From assembly GCA_024230315.1 (NCBI GenBank), contig JAAERO010000054.1, forward strand, positions 1 through 49,084: DNA of 49,084 nt, in the 5' to 3' direction. This DNA comes from Hyphomicrobium sp. (GTDB lineage Bacteria > Pseudomonadota > Alphaproteobacteria > Rhizobiales > Hyphomicrobiaceae). This document shows, piece by piece, positions 1 through 8,285 of the stretch. The notes under the pieces were generated by a model. That model ran no database searches. It was not told where the DNA came from and saw only the letters and a list, made by a program, of their open reading frames with translations. A program made the translations under genes and the position numbers. Position 1 is the first letter of the stretch; each line of letters begins with the position of its first letter.

Positions 1-285
1 GGCCGGGTGCTTCCGATCGGGGGATTGAAGGAGAAGCTGCTCGCGGCCCTGCGTGGCGGCATCAAGACCGTCATCATCCCCGAGGAGAACGTCAAGGATC
101 TCGCCGAGATCTCCGAGGAGATCAAGAACAAGCTCGATATCGTTCCCGCAGTCATGCTCGATGACGTTTTGAAGGCGGCGCTTGTCAAAGCACCCGAGCG
201 CATGAGCTGGGATGAGGTTGACGAAACGCAAACGGTACAGGATGACGATGAGAAGAAGGGCGGCTCACGCGTGACAGCGCACTGA
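1..285 (+). CDS. lon: ATP-dependent protease La, C-terminal fragment (5' end outside window)
   Basis: Frame is open from base 1: [27 protein letters not shown] carries the Lon catalytic Lys motif (PIGGLKEK). Followed by hupB, the usual arrangement. Confidence 0.97.
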   Translation, partial: GRVLPIGGLKEKLLAALRGGIKTVIIPEENVKDLAEISEEIKNKLDIVPAVMLDDVLKAALVKAPERMSWDEVDETQTVQDDDEKKGGSRVTAH

Positions 286-569
286 GACCTCACGGGCGTC
301 ATCCCTCCCACGGTCCACTTAACAAAAGCCGTTATCCGGGACATCCTGGCTCGCTGGCCTGGGGGAAGGGATCGTGTTCTCTGTCCGTGCGCCTCGTTGG
401 CCTATTTCCCCAGGTTTTTCGGGAAAAATGGGCTGTCTACCCCCTTGACGAGGGCTGATATTGGGCGTTTTTGTCCAACTCTGACGCGGCCACAACGGCA
501 GCATTATGGGGCTAGAGCGCTAGTCGCCGGCCCATCCAGACGACTCCGAACGCAAAGGACGCAAATGAG

Positions 570-842
570 ATGAGCAAGAAAGATTTGATCGACGCCGTCG
601 CCAAGGACGCCGAGCTCACCAAGGAAAAGGCTGGTGTTGCGGTCGACGCTGTGCTCGAGCACATCAGGGGCTCTCTGAGGAAGGGCGACGAGGTACGCAT
701 TCCAGATTTCGGCACCTTCAAGGTTGCTCAGCGCAAAGCACGCGAAGGGCGCAACCCGGCGACTGGTGCGACGATCAAGATTCCGGCCTCACGCGTTGCC
801 AAGTTCAGCCCTTCGAAGGGCCTGAAGGAGCAGCTGAATTAA
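570..842 (+). CDS. hupB: DNA-binding protein HU
   Basis: 90 aa, MSKKDLIDAVA...FGTFKV..RKAREGRNPATG HU signature; AAAGGA RBS-like sequence upstream; directly after lon. Confidence 0.95.
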   Translation: MSKKDLIDAVAKDAELTKEKAGVAVDAVLEHIRGSLRKGDEVRIPDFGTFKVAQRKAREGRNPATGATIKIPASRVAKFSPSKGLKEQLN

Positions 843-862
843 CGGGCATCGCGCCTCACTAA

Positions 863-971
863 GGAACCTCTGAACAACTGCGAATTCGGAGCCTGAGGAA
901 GACGTTTTTGCATTGAAATCAAGGTTCTCTTGGAGATCATCTCGGGTTAACGGAAGTTGATCAGAGGTTCC
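863..971. mobile_element. 109-bp non-autonomous MITE or internally deleted IS, IS5-family-like
   Basis: Terminal inverted repeats GGAACCTCTGAACAACT (863-879) and AGTTGATCAGAGGTTCC (955-971) match at 16/17. CTAA direct repeats flank it at 859-862 and 972-975. No ORF inside. Confidence 0.8.
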
Positions 972-1170
972 CTAATAAATGTTTCTGGCGCGTCGCAATT
1001 CATGCGGCGCGCCTTCGCTATTCGCTCAAATCGGCAGTTTGGCGCTCTTTACGCTGATCCGTTCTGTTAAGAGGCGCTCCAGCCCGCGTCCATCACGCTT
1101 TAGGCGTAACTTTGATATGAGGGGCAAAAGGGTCGCTTCAGGGCAAAGTTGGCATGCGCGTTGGTGGTCG

Positions 1171-1199
1171 TTGCGCCTTTGGTCCAAGCTCGCTACATC
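1171..1199 (+). promoter_or_regulatory. putative sigma70 promoter for tRNA-Val
   Basis: TTGCGC (1171-1176), 17-bp spacer, TACATC (1194-1199), ending 10 bp before the tRNA. Confidence 0.45.
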
Positions 1200-1208
1200 G
1201 GGCGTTAA

Positions 1209-1283
1209 GGGCGGTTAGCTCAGTGGTAGAGCGCCTCGTTTACACCGAGGATGTCGGGAGTTCGACCCTCTCACCGCCCACCA
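1209..1283 (+). tRNA. tRNA-Val(TAC)
   Basis: Acceptor stem GGGCGGT/ACCGCCC, D arm AGCTCAGTGGTAGAGC, anticodon arm CCTCG-TTTACAC-CGAGG, T-loop GTTCGAC, encoded CCA. Confidence 0.97.
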
Positions 1284-1376
1284 CTTAGCCTCTCACGCAT
1301 GGAGGTCTGCGTATTTGCGCAACTCTCCGCGGGGCCATCATGCCGAACCGTGGGGGCTAAGGATAAAAGGAGCGGC

Positions 1377-1892
1377 ATGACCCTCTCGATGTATCAGGCT
1401 TCTGTCCCAGCCTTTGTTCAGACCCTCAGGGCACTCGACACCATTCTGTCTAAGGCGGCCGCGTACGCTGAAGCAGGGAGCTTCAATGCGGCAGTGTTGC
1501 TCAACGCACGTCTCTATCCTGACATGCTAGCGTTTATGCAGCAGGTGCAGATCGCAACGGACCTTGCCAAGGGCGCCGCCGCCAGGCTCGCGGGCCTGTC
1601 TGTTCCGAGCTATGAAGATTCCGAGTTGACGTTCCCTGAACTTAAGGAACGCGTTACCAAGACGATCACCTTCCTGTCGGCAGTGAAGCCTGAGCAAATT
1701 GACGGTTCCGAACAGCGCCATATCTCGTTCACCATTCGCGGGCATGAGGTGTCATTTAAGGGGCAGGAGTATTTGCTTCACTTTGCGCTGCCGAATTTCT
1801 ACTTTCACGCAACCACCGCTTTTGTGATCTTGCGCCATAACGGTCTCCAGATCGGCAAACGCGATTTTTTGGGCATGACCTCGGCGTCCTGA
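1377..1892 (+). CDS. DUF1993 family protein (DinB/YfiT-like helical fold)
   Basis: MTLSMYQASVP...ARLYPDM..F..QVQIATD.AKG...PNFYFHATTA..ILRHNG..IGKRDFLG. AAAAGGAG RBS before ATG 1377, so the track's start at 1251 (inside the tRNA) is not used. Confidence 0.88.
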   Translation: MTLSMYQASVPAFVQTLRALDTILSKAAAYAEAGSFNAAVLLNARLYPDMLAFMQQVQIATDLAKGAAARLAGLSVPSYEDSELTFPELKERVTKTITFLSAVKPEQIDGSEQRHISFTIRGHEVSFKGQEYLLHFALPNFYFHATTAFVILRHNGLQIGKRDFLGMTSAS

Positions 1893-1949
1893 GGCGGCCA
1901 AAGGGAGCGCCAATAGGGCGTGCAGAGTGGTCCTCGACCGCCGCCCTTC

Positions 1950-1978
1950 TTGACTTAGCCGGGGCGCGGACGTAAGGG
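1950..1978 (+). promoter_or_regulatory. putative sigma70 promoter for tRNA-Asp
   Basis: TTGACT (1950-1955), 17-bp spacer, TAAGGG (1973-1978). The -10 lacks the -7T, which is common in alphaproteobacteria. A GC hairpin follows at about 1993-2014. Confidence 0.55.
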
Positions 1979-2024
1979 ATTCCTTCGTGACAGCGCGCTC
2001 TTCTCGGGGCGCGCGTTTTCGATT

Positions 2025-2101
<77 letters not shown>

Positions 2102-2357
2102 TGATTTGTTCACAGACACAAGCTGCCGCAAGCGTCGTTCAACGGCGGTTGTTCCGTGTTGACGACCCGCGGTTGCGCCGGGGGCGCCGTCGCGTCCCGC
2201 GGCCTCAGGTTTGCGTCATGGCGAAGCCATGCTGCGCATGAACGCGACCCCAGCCGAACTGGCCGTCCTTTGGCTTGCGCCGGTCATGAGCGTGCGTTAA
2301 CACCGATATTGATATTGCGCCGCATCAGCTTGGCGGCGCGGGGACTGCAGGCCTCCA

Positions 2358-2723
2358 ATGGATCAGCTTTTTACTGACTATTTGCCCATAACCATCTTTG
2401 TCGCGGTCGCGCTTGCCATCGCACTTATTTTGATGGCGGTGCCGTTCGTGATTGCCGTGCGCAATCCCGACCCGGAAAAGGTGTCGGCCTATGAGTGCGG
2501 GTTCAACGCCTTCGATGACGCACGGATGAAGTTCGACATCCGTTACTATCTGGTGGCCATCCTCTTCATCATTTTTGATCTGGAGGTGGCATTCCTCTTT
2601 CCCTGGGCTGTGGCCTTCAACGACATCGGGATCTTTGGGTTCTGGTCGATGATCATCTTCCTCGCTGTATTGACCGTCGGTTTCGTCTATGAGTGGCGGA
2701 AAGGGGCGCTGGAATGGGATTGA
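2358..2723 (+). CDS. nuoA: NADH-quinone oxidoreductase subunit A
   Basis: [10 protein letters not shown] and [15 protein letters not shown] motifs, 3 TM segments, ends KGALEWD. Confidence 0.98.
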   Translation: MDQLFTDYLPITIFVAVALAIALILMAVPFVIAVRNPDPEKVSAYECGFNAFDDARMKFDIRYYLVAILFIIFDLEVAFLFPWAVAFNDIGIFGFWSMIIFLAVLTVGFVYEWRKGALEWD

Positions 2724-3262
2724 TCACACAGCCCGGCGCCGAATCCGGCGGCATTCTCGTCAAGCCTGGCGATGAAGGCTTCGCCCATATATCCAATAAG
2801 CTCGCCGACAGGGGTTTCCTGGTCACCACCAGCGACGATCTCATCAACTGGGCGCGCACCGGCTCGCTGATGTGGATGACCTTCGGGCTTGCGTGCTGCG
2901 CCATTGAAATGATGCAGGCCTCGATGCCGCGCTATGATCTGGAGCGCTTCGGGTTTGCCCCGCGCGCATCGCCGCGCCAGTCCGACGTGATGATCGTGGC
3001 GGGCACCCTCACCAACAAGATGGCGCCGGCTTTGCGCAAAGTCTACGACCAGATGCCCGAGCCGCGTTACGTGATTTCCATGGGCAGCTGCGCCAACGGC
3101 GGCGGCTACTACCACTTCTCATACGCTGTGGTGCGCGGGTGCGATCGCATCGTGCCGGTCGACATCTATGTACCGGGCTGCCCGCCGACGGCCGAGGCGC
3201 TGGTTTATGGCGTGCTGCTTCTGCAACGCAAGATGCGCCGCACGGGTACGATTGAACGGTAA
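2714..3262 (+). CDS. nuoB: NADH-quinone oxidoreductase subunit B
   Basis: [20 protein letters not shown] and PGCPP (N2 ligands). ATG 2714 overlaps the nuoA end. Confidence 0.97.
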   Translation: MGLITQPGAESGGILVKPGDEGFAHISNKLADRGFLVTTSDDLINWARTGSLMWMTFGLACCAIEMMQASMPRYDLERFGFAPRASPRQSDVMIVAGTLTNKMAPALRKVYDQMPEPRYVISMGSCANGGGYYHFSYAVVRGCDRIVPVDIYVPGCPPTAEALVYGVLLLQRKMRRTGTIER

Positions 3263-3405
3263 GTGACGGTAGTCGGCGCAAGGATAGTGCGCAGCGAGTG
3301 GCGAGGGTGAGGTCTCACTCGCCAAATGCGCATCAAGCGTCAGGGAACAGATGTGTCGGTTGAGGCTTGCAAGCCTTCTGGTGCCTTTCTCGAATAGGAT
3401 CCATA

Positions 3406-4029
3406 ATGGCAGATTCGTTACAACAGTTAGGCGAATACGCCGTCCGGCAGCATCCCGCTGCTATCGGATCCATGATGATTGCCCACAAAGAGTTGACGCT
3501 CCACGTTGCGCGCGAGGAGATCGTCACGGTCATGACGTTCCTGCGAGACGATCCCCGCTGTCGTTTTGAAATCCTGATCGACATTTGCGGCGTCGATCGG
3601 CCCGCACGTACGAACCGTTTCGATGTCGTCTATCATTTGCTTTCCCCGCGTCTCAACCAGCGCATCCGCGTCAAGCTCGAAACCGATGAGACAACGCCCG
3701 TCGCAAGTGTGGTCGGCCTGTTCTCGGTGGCCAACTGGTTTGAGCGCGAGGCCTATGACATGTTCGGTATTCTGTTTTCCGGGCACCCCGACCTGCGCCG
3801 TCTCCTCACTGACTACGGGTTCCAGGGCTATCCCTTGCGCAAAGACTTCCCTCTCACAGGGTACGTGGAGGTGCGCTACGACGATGAGCAGAAGCGCGTT
3901 GTTTACGAACCGGTCGAGCTGAAGCAGGAGTTCCGCTCGTTCGACTTCGAATCTCCCTGGGAGGGGCCGCAATACGTTCTGCCCGGCGATGAGAAGGCGA
4001 GCGGTGGGTCTACTGGCGGCAAGGCATGA
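3406..4029 (+). CDS. nuoC: NADH-quinone oxidoreductase subunit C
   Basis: [26 protein letters not shown] and PLRKDFPL motifs; AGGA RBS before ATG 3406. Confidence 0.97.
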   Translation: MADSLQQLGEYAVRQHPAAIGSMMIAHKELTLHVAREEIVTVMTFLRDDPRCRFEILIDICGVDRPARTNRFDVVYHLLSPRLNQRIRVKLETDETTPVASVVGLFSVANWFEREAYDMFGILFSGHPDLRRLLTDYGFQGYPLRKDFPLTGYVEVRYDDEQKRVVYEPVELKQEFRSFDFESPWEGPQYVLPGDEKASGGSTGGKA

Positions 4030-4033
4030 GCCC

Positions 4034-4489
4034 ATGAAGGACACGCTGAAACTGGGTGCGAGCGTACGATTCTCGTATCGCGTACCCGCTGAGAAGACTG
4101 TGCCGCACCTCTTCCCCGAGGCTGACGAGTTCAAGGAGTTGCCGACGGTGTTTGCAACCGGTTTCATGGTGGGGCTCATGGAGTGGACCTGCATGAAACT
4201 ATTGGCGCCGCATCACGATTCAGGTGAAGGAGGCCTGGGCGTGCACATATATATTACGCATCTGGCTGCAACTGTGCCGGGACAAACCGTGACGGTCGAT
4301 GCCGAGTGCACGAAGGTCCAAGGCCGGCGCGTGTGGTTCAAAGTGAAGGCGCACGACGGTATCGAGCCGATCGGCGAGGGGCATCACGAACGAATTATCT
4401 TGCCCTGGTCCAGGTTCGTTTCTCGCGTCAATGAGAAAGCGAAAAAAGCCCGCGTTTCGCCTATTGCGCCGCTGGAAGGAACACGTTGA
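4034..4489 (+). CDS. hotdog-fold thioesterase, fluoroacetyl-CoA thioesterase (FlK)-like
   Basis: 151 aa with [21 protein letters not shown] and AHDG...IGEG.HER. T42, E50, H76 and R120 are at FlK spacing. Its stop TGA overlaps the nuoD ATG. Confidence 0.88.
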   Translation: MKDTLKLGASVRFSYRVPAEKTVPHLFPEADEFKELPTVFATGFMVGLMEWTCMKLLAPHHDSGEGGLGVHIYITHLAATVPGQTVTVDAECTKVQGRRVWFKVKAHDGIEPIGEGHHERIILPWSRFVSRVNEKAKKARVSPIAPLEGTR

Positions 4490-5679
4490 TGGCCGAGACC
4501 GACATCCGGCAGTTCAATATCAACTTCGGGCCGCAGCATCCCGCCGCGCATGGCGTGCTGCGTCTCGTGCTCGAGCTTGACGGCGAGGTCGTGGAGCGGG
4601 TCGACCCGCACATCGGATTACTTCATCGCGGCACAGAAAAGCTCATTGAGCACAAGACCTATCTACAGGCGATCGGCTATTTCGACCGGCTCGACTACGT
4701 CGCGCCCATGAACCAGGAACATGCTTTCTGCCTTGCTGCGGAAAAGCTATTGGCCCTTGAGGTTCCGAAGCGGGGCCAGCTCATCCGCGTGCTCTATAGC
4801 GAGATCGGGCGGTTGCTCTCGCACCTCCTCAATGTCACCACGCAGGCGATGGACATCGGCGCACTGACGCCCCCGCTGTGGGGCTTTGAGGAGCGCGAGA
4901 AGCTGATGATCTTCTACGAGCGCGCCTCGGGTAGCCGCATGCACGCCAAGTATTTCCGCATGGGTGGCGTGCACATGGATTTGCCGCCGGAACTGATCGA
5001 TGACATCTGCGCCTTCTCAGAAGCGCACCCTAAGGTCCTGGACGACATCGAGGGACTGCTCACGCACAACCGTATCTTCAAGCAGCGCAACGTCGATATC
5101 GGCGTGGTCAGCTTGCAGGAGTGCTTCGACTGGGGATTTTCCGGGGTCATGCTCCGCGGCTCGGGCGCGGCTTGGGACCTACGCAAAGCACAACCCTATG
5201 AGTGCTACCCTGAGTTGGACTTCGACATCCCTATCGGAAAGCACGGCGATTGCTATGACCGCTATCTCGTGCGCATGGAAGAGATGCGCCAGTCGTTGCG
5301 CCTCATGAAGCAATGCTGCGAGAAATTGCAGTCCGCCGAAGGGCAGGGACCGTTTGTTGCCCAGGATCGCAAGATTGTGCCGCCCCGGCGCGCGGATATG
5401 AAGCGCTATATGGAGGCGCTGATTCACCACTTCAAGCTCTACACTGAGGGTTTCCATGTCCCCGAGGGCGAGGTCTACGCCACAGTCGAGGCACCCAAGG
5501 GTGAGTTCGGGGTCTACCTCGTGTCGGATGGCTCCAATAAGCCTTACCGTTGCAAGATTCGCGCGCCGAGCTACCCACACTTGCAGGCCATGGATTACAT
5601 GACGCGCAAGCATATGCTGGCCGATGTTTCCGCAGTGCTCGGCTCAATCGATGTCGTCTTTGGTGAGATCGATCGATAA
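4489..5679 (+). CDS. nuoD: NADH-quinone oxidoreductase subunit D
   Basis: [21 protein letters not shown] and EAPKGE motifs; ends VVFGEIDR. Confidence 0.98.
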   Translation: MAETDIRQFNINFGPQHPAAHGVLRLVLELDGEVVERVDPHIGLLHRGTEKLIEHKTYLQAIGYFDRLDYVAPMNQEHAFCLAAEKLLALEVPKRGQLIRVLYSEIGRLLSHLLNVTTQAMDIGALTPPLWGFEEREKLMIFYERASGSRMHAKYFRMGGVHMDLPPELIDDICAFSEAHPKVLDDIEGLLTHNRIFKQRNVDIGVVSLQECFDWGFSGVMLRGSGAAWDLRKAQPYECYPELDFDIPIGKHGDCYDRYLVRMEEMRQSLRLMKQCCEKLQSAEGQGPFVAQDRKIVPPRRADMKRYMEALIHHFKLYTEGFHVPEGEVYATVEAPKGEFGVYLVSDGSNKPYRCKIRAPSYPHLQAMDYMTRKHMLADVSAVLGSIDVVFGEIDR

Positions 5680-5783
5680 GCCTACGGTCGATGTCCCCGT
5701 AGTCCTAGAACACCACCGCGCGGTCTCGTTTGCGATCAACTGTGATTTTCAGCCAGCGCTCGTTGCTAAGCTCGACGTGTTTC

Positions 5784-5945
5784 ATGAGCATTGGCGTGAA
5801 GACTGCGTTTGTGGCTGCCTGCATTGTGACAGTCATTTTACTGATTGATTGGCTAAGCGGTGATCCGGGCAAGGCCATTGCGCGCCGAAGACCCAACGGG
5901 CCAACGAAACGTTCTCGTCAAGACCTTGCGTTCACAGCTGGTTAG
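5784..5945 (+). CDS. possible small single-TM protein (53 aa), or remnant
   Basis: [24 protein letters not shown] is one hydrophobic helix followed by a basic tail; co-oriented inside the nuoD-nuoE gap. No clear RBS. Confidence 0.25.
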   Translation: MSIGVKTAFVAACIVTVILLIDWLSGDPGKAIARRRPNGPTKRSRQDLAFTAG

Positions 5946-6057
5946 ACGTAGGGAAATGAGTGTACGCTGCACTAAACTCGAAGAAACTGGGTGGCGTACG
6001 CGGGCTATTGTTGCGAGTGACGCTGAGGTGTCGCCGCGCTTCAAAGAGGTGCTAGCC

Positions 6058-6681
6058 TTGGCTGTACGCCGACTTTGCCCTGAGCAGCCGCTCAGGTTCG
6101 AGTTCACGTCGGGGAACCTGGCGTGGGCGAAAGAGACCATCGCCAAGTATCCGCCCGGCAAACAAGCCTCCGCGGTGATTTCACTGCTCTGGCGCGCCCA
6201 GGAGCAGAAGGGCTGGTGCACGGAGCCAGCCATTCGCGCTGTCGCCGACATGCTGGGCATGGCCTACATCCGCGTGTTGGAAGTCGCCACGTTTTATACG
6301 ATGTTCCAGCTTCAACCCGTGGGCTCGACGGCACATATCCAAGTGTGCGGCACCACGCCTTGCATGTTGCGCGGCTCAGAGGCAGTGCTCGAAATCTGCA
6401 AGGAGCGGATCGCAGAGAATCCACACGAGCTCTCACGCGACGGCCGCTTCTCTTGGGAGGAAGTCGAGTGCCTGGGGTGCTGCGCCAACGCGCCCGTCGT
6501 CCTGATTGCCAAGGATACCTACGAGGATTTGAACCCGGAGCTGTTCGATAAGGTGCTCCATGGATTCGAAAAGGGCACGCCTCCCAAGCCGGGCTCACAG
6601 ATTGGGCGGCAGGCCTCGTGCCCGCTAGGTGGCCCCACCACGCTCAAAGACATGGTCAGGAAAAATGCGGCGAAGGTCTGA
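6058..6681 (+). CDS. nuoE: NADH-quinone oxidoreductase subunit E
   Basis: [14 protein letters not shown] and ECLGCC (2Fe-2S N1a ligands). TTG start giving (M)AVRRL with GAGGTG RBS; an alternative in-frame ATG lies at 5956. Confidence 0.95.
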   Translation: MAVRRLCPEQPLRFEFTSGNLAWAKETIAKYPPGKQASAVISLLWRAQEQKGWCTEPAIRAVADMLGMAYIRVLEVATFYTMFQLQPVGSTAHIQVCGTTPCMLRGSEAVLEICKERIAENPHELSRDGRFSWEEVECLGCCANAPVVLIAKDTYEDLNPELFDKVLHGFEKGTPPKPGSQIGRQASCPLGGPTTLKDMVRKNAAKV

Positions 6682-6701
6682 GGAAAGCGAGGGCGCGGCG
6701 G

Positions 6702-7985
6702 ATGCTTGAGGACAAGGATCGCATTTTTCGCAACCTTTACGGCTTTCAGGATTGGCGGCTTGAGGGTGCACGCGCGCGTGGTGCGTGGTCTGGTACTAAG
6801 GCGCTAATCGAAAGGGGTCATGACTGGGTCATCAACGAGGTGAAGACTTCGGGGCTCAGGGGGCGTGGCGGGGCAGGTTTCCCCACCGGCCTCAAGTGGT
6901 CGTTTATGCCGAGAAACGATCCCCGCCCATCCTATCTCGTGGTCAATGCGGACGAGAGCGAGCCTGGCTCCTGCAAGGACCGGGAGATCATACGCCACGA
7001 CCCGCATTTGTTGATTGAGGGCATTCTGCTCTCCGCCTTCGCCATACGAGCGCATACGGCCTTCATCTATATCCGCGGTGAGTTCGTGCGCGAGCGCGAG
7101 CATCTGCAGACAGCGGTCGATGAGGCGAATGCCGCAAAGCTGATTGGTAAGAACAACGTCAACGGCTGGGACCTCGACATCATCGTGCACCACGGTGCCG
7201 GTGCTTACATTTGCGGTGAGGAAACGGCGCTTCTGGAGAGCATTGAGGGTAAAAAAGGTATGCCCCGCCTCAAGCCGCCGTTCCCGGCGGCCTGCGGGAT
7301 CTATGGCGCGCCGACAACGGTCAATAACGTTGAGAGCATCGCCAGTGTTCCTGATATTCTGCGACGTGGCGGCACTTGGTTTGCTTCGCTCGGGGTACTC
7401 GACAGCGCCGGCACCAAACTGTTCCAGATCTCCGGACACGTGGAGTGTCCCTGCGTCGTCGAGGAGGAGATGGGCATAACCCTAAGAGAGCTCCTTGATA
7501 CGCATGCGGGCGGTGTTCGTGGGGGCTGGGACAATCTTCTTGCGATCATTCCCGGGGGGTCGTCGATGCCGTTGATCCGGGCCGAGCAGTGCCAGGATCT
7601 GACGCTCGACTTCGATGCGCTGGCGAAGCTGAAATCGGGTCTGGGCACCGGTTGCGTCATCGTGATGGACAAGACCACCGACCCGATCAAGGCTATTACC
7701 CGCATCGCCTACTTCTATAAGCACGAGTCCTGCGGCCAATGCACGCCATGCCGCGAGGGAACGGGTTGGATGTATCGCGTGCTGGAACGCATGCAGCGTG
7801 GCGAAGCAGAGAAGCGCGAGATCGACTTGCTGTTTGACGTGACGAAGCAAGTCGAGAGTCATACGATCTGTGCGTTGGGCGATGCCGCGGCTTGGCCGGT
7901 TCAAGGTCTTATCCGCAACTTCCGCGACGTCATCGAGGAACGCATCGATCAATATCAAGCCGCGCTGAAAGAGGCGGCGGAGTGA
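6702..7985 (+). CDS. nuoF: NADH-quinone oxidoreductase subunit F
   Basis: MLEDKDRIF start, [41 protein letters not shown] and HTIC motifs. Confidence 0.98.
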   Translation: MLEDKDRIFRNLYGFQDWRLEGARARGAWSGTKALIERGHDWVINEVKTSGLRGRGGAGFPTGLKWSFMPRNDPRPSYLVVNADESEPGSCKDREIIRHDPHLLIEGILLSAFAIRAHTAFIYIRGEFVREREHLQTAVDEANAAKLIGKNNVNGWDLDIIVHHGAGAYICGEETALLESIEGKKGMPRLKPPFPAACGIYGAPTTVNNVESIASVPDILRRGGTWFASLGVLDSAGTKLFQISGHVECPCVVEEEMGITLRELLDTHAGGVRGGWDNLLAIIPGGSSMPLIRAEQCQDLTLDFDALAKLKSGLGTGCVIVMDKTTDPIKAITRIAYFYKHESCGQCTPCREGTGWMYRVLERMQRGEAEKREIDLLFDVTKQVESHTICALGDAAAWPVQGLIRNFRDVIEERIDQYQAALKEAAE

Positions 7986-8009
7986 GGCAAACCTGCAAAG
8001 GATCTGAAA

Positions 8010-8264
8010 GTGGTAGACTTGCTGGCGCTGATGATTGCATCGTTTTCGCTGTTTTCAGCGGGTGGGGCGATTGTGGGCACGATCGTTGGCTACCTCGCCT
8101 GGGGTTGGCTCGGTGCGGCGCTGGGCCTAGTGGTCGGTTACGGCGTCGGACTCTGGATCAAGTCGCAGTTCTGGGATGTGCCCATTTCGTCGCGTGCTAG
8201 AGGCTGGTTATCGCTTTTGGCATTTCTCGGCGGGCTCACCGTTCTGGCGATTGCAACGCGATAA
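8010..8264 (+). CDS. small glycine-zipper membrane protein, unknown function
   Basis: 84 aa, almost entirely hydrophobic. GxxxG ladders at G19/G23/G27 and G35/G39/G43/G47. Fills the nuoF-nuoG gap (24 and 21 bp spacers); AAAGGA precedes the GTG start. Confidence 0.7.
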   Translation: MVDLLALMIASFSLFSAGGAIVGTIVGYLAWGWLGAALGLVVGYGVGLWIKSQFWDVPISSRARGWLSLLAFLGGLTVLAIATR

Positions 8265-8285
8265 CTTGTTGATTGTGTGGGGTAG

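Noticed and set aside
979-1218. 79-aa ORF between the MITE and tRNA-Val
   Set aside because: It overlaps the tRNA promoter and 5' end, has Arg/Ser-rich non-coding-like composition and no RBS.
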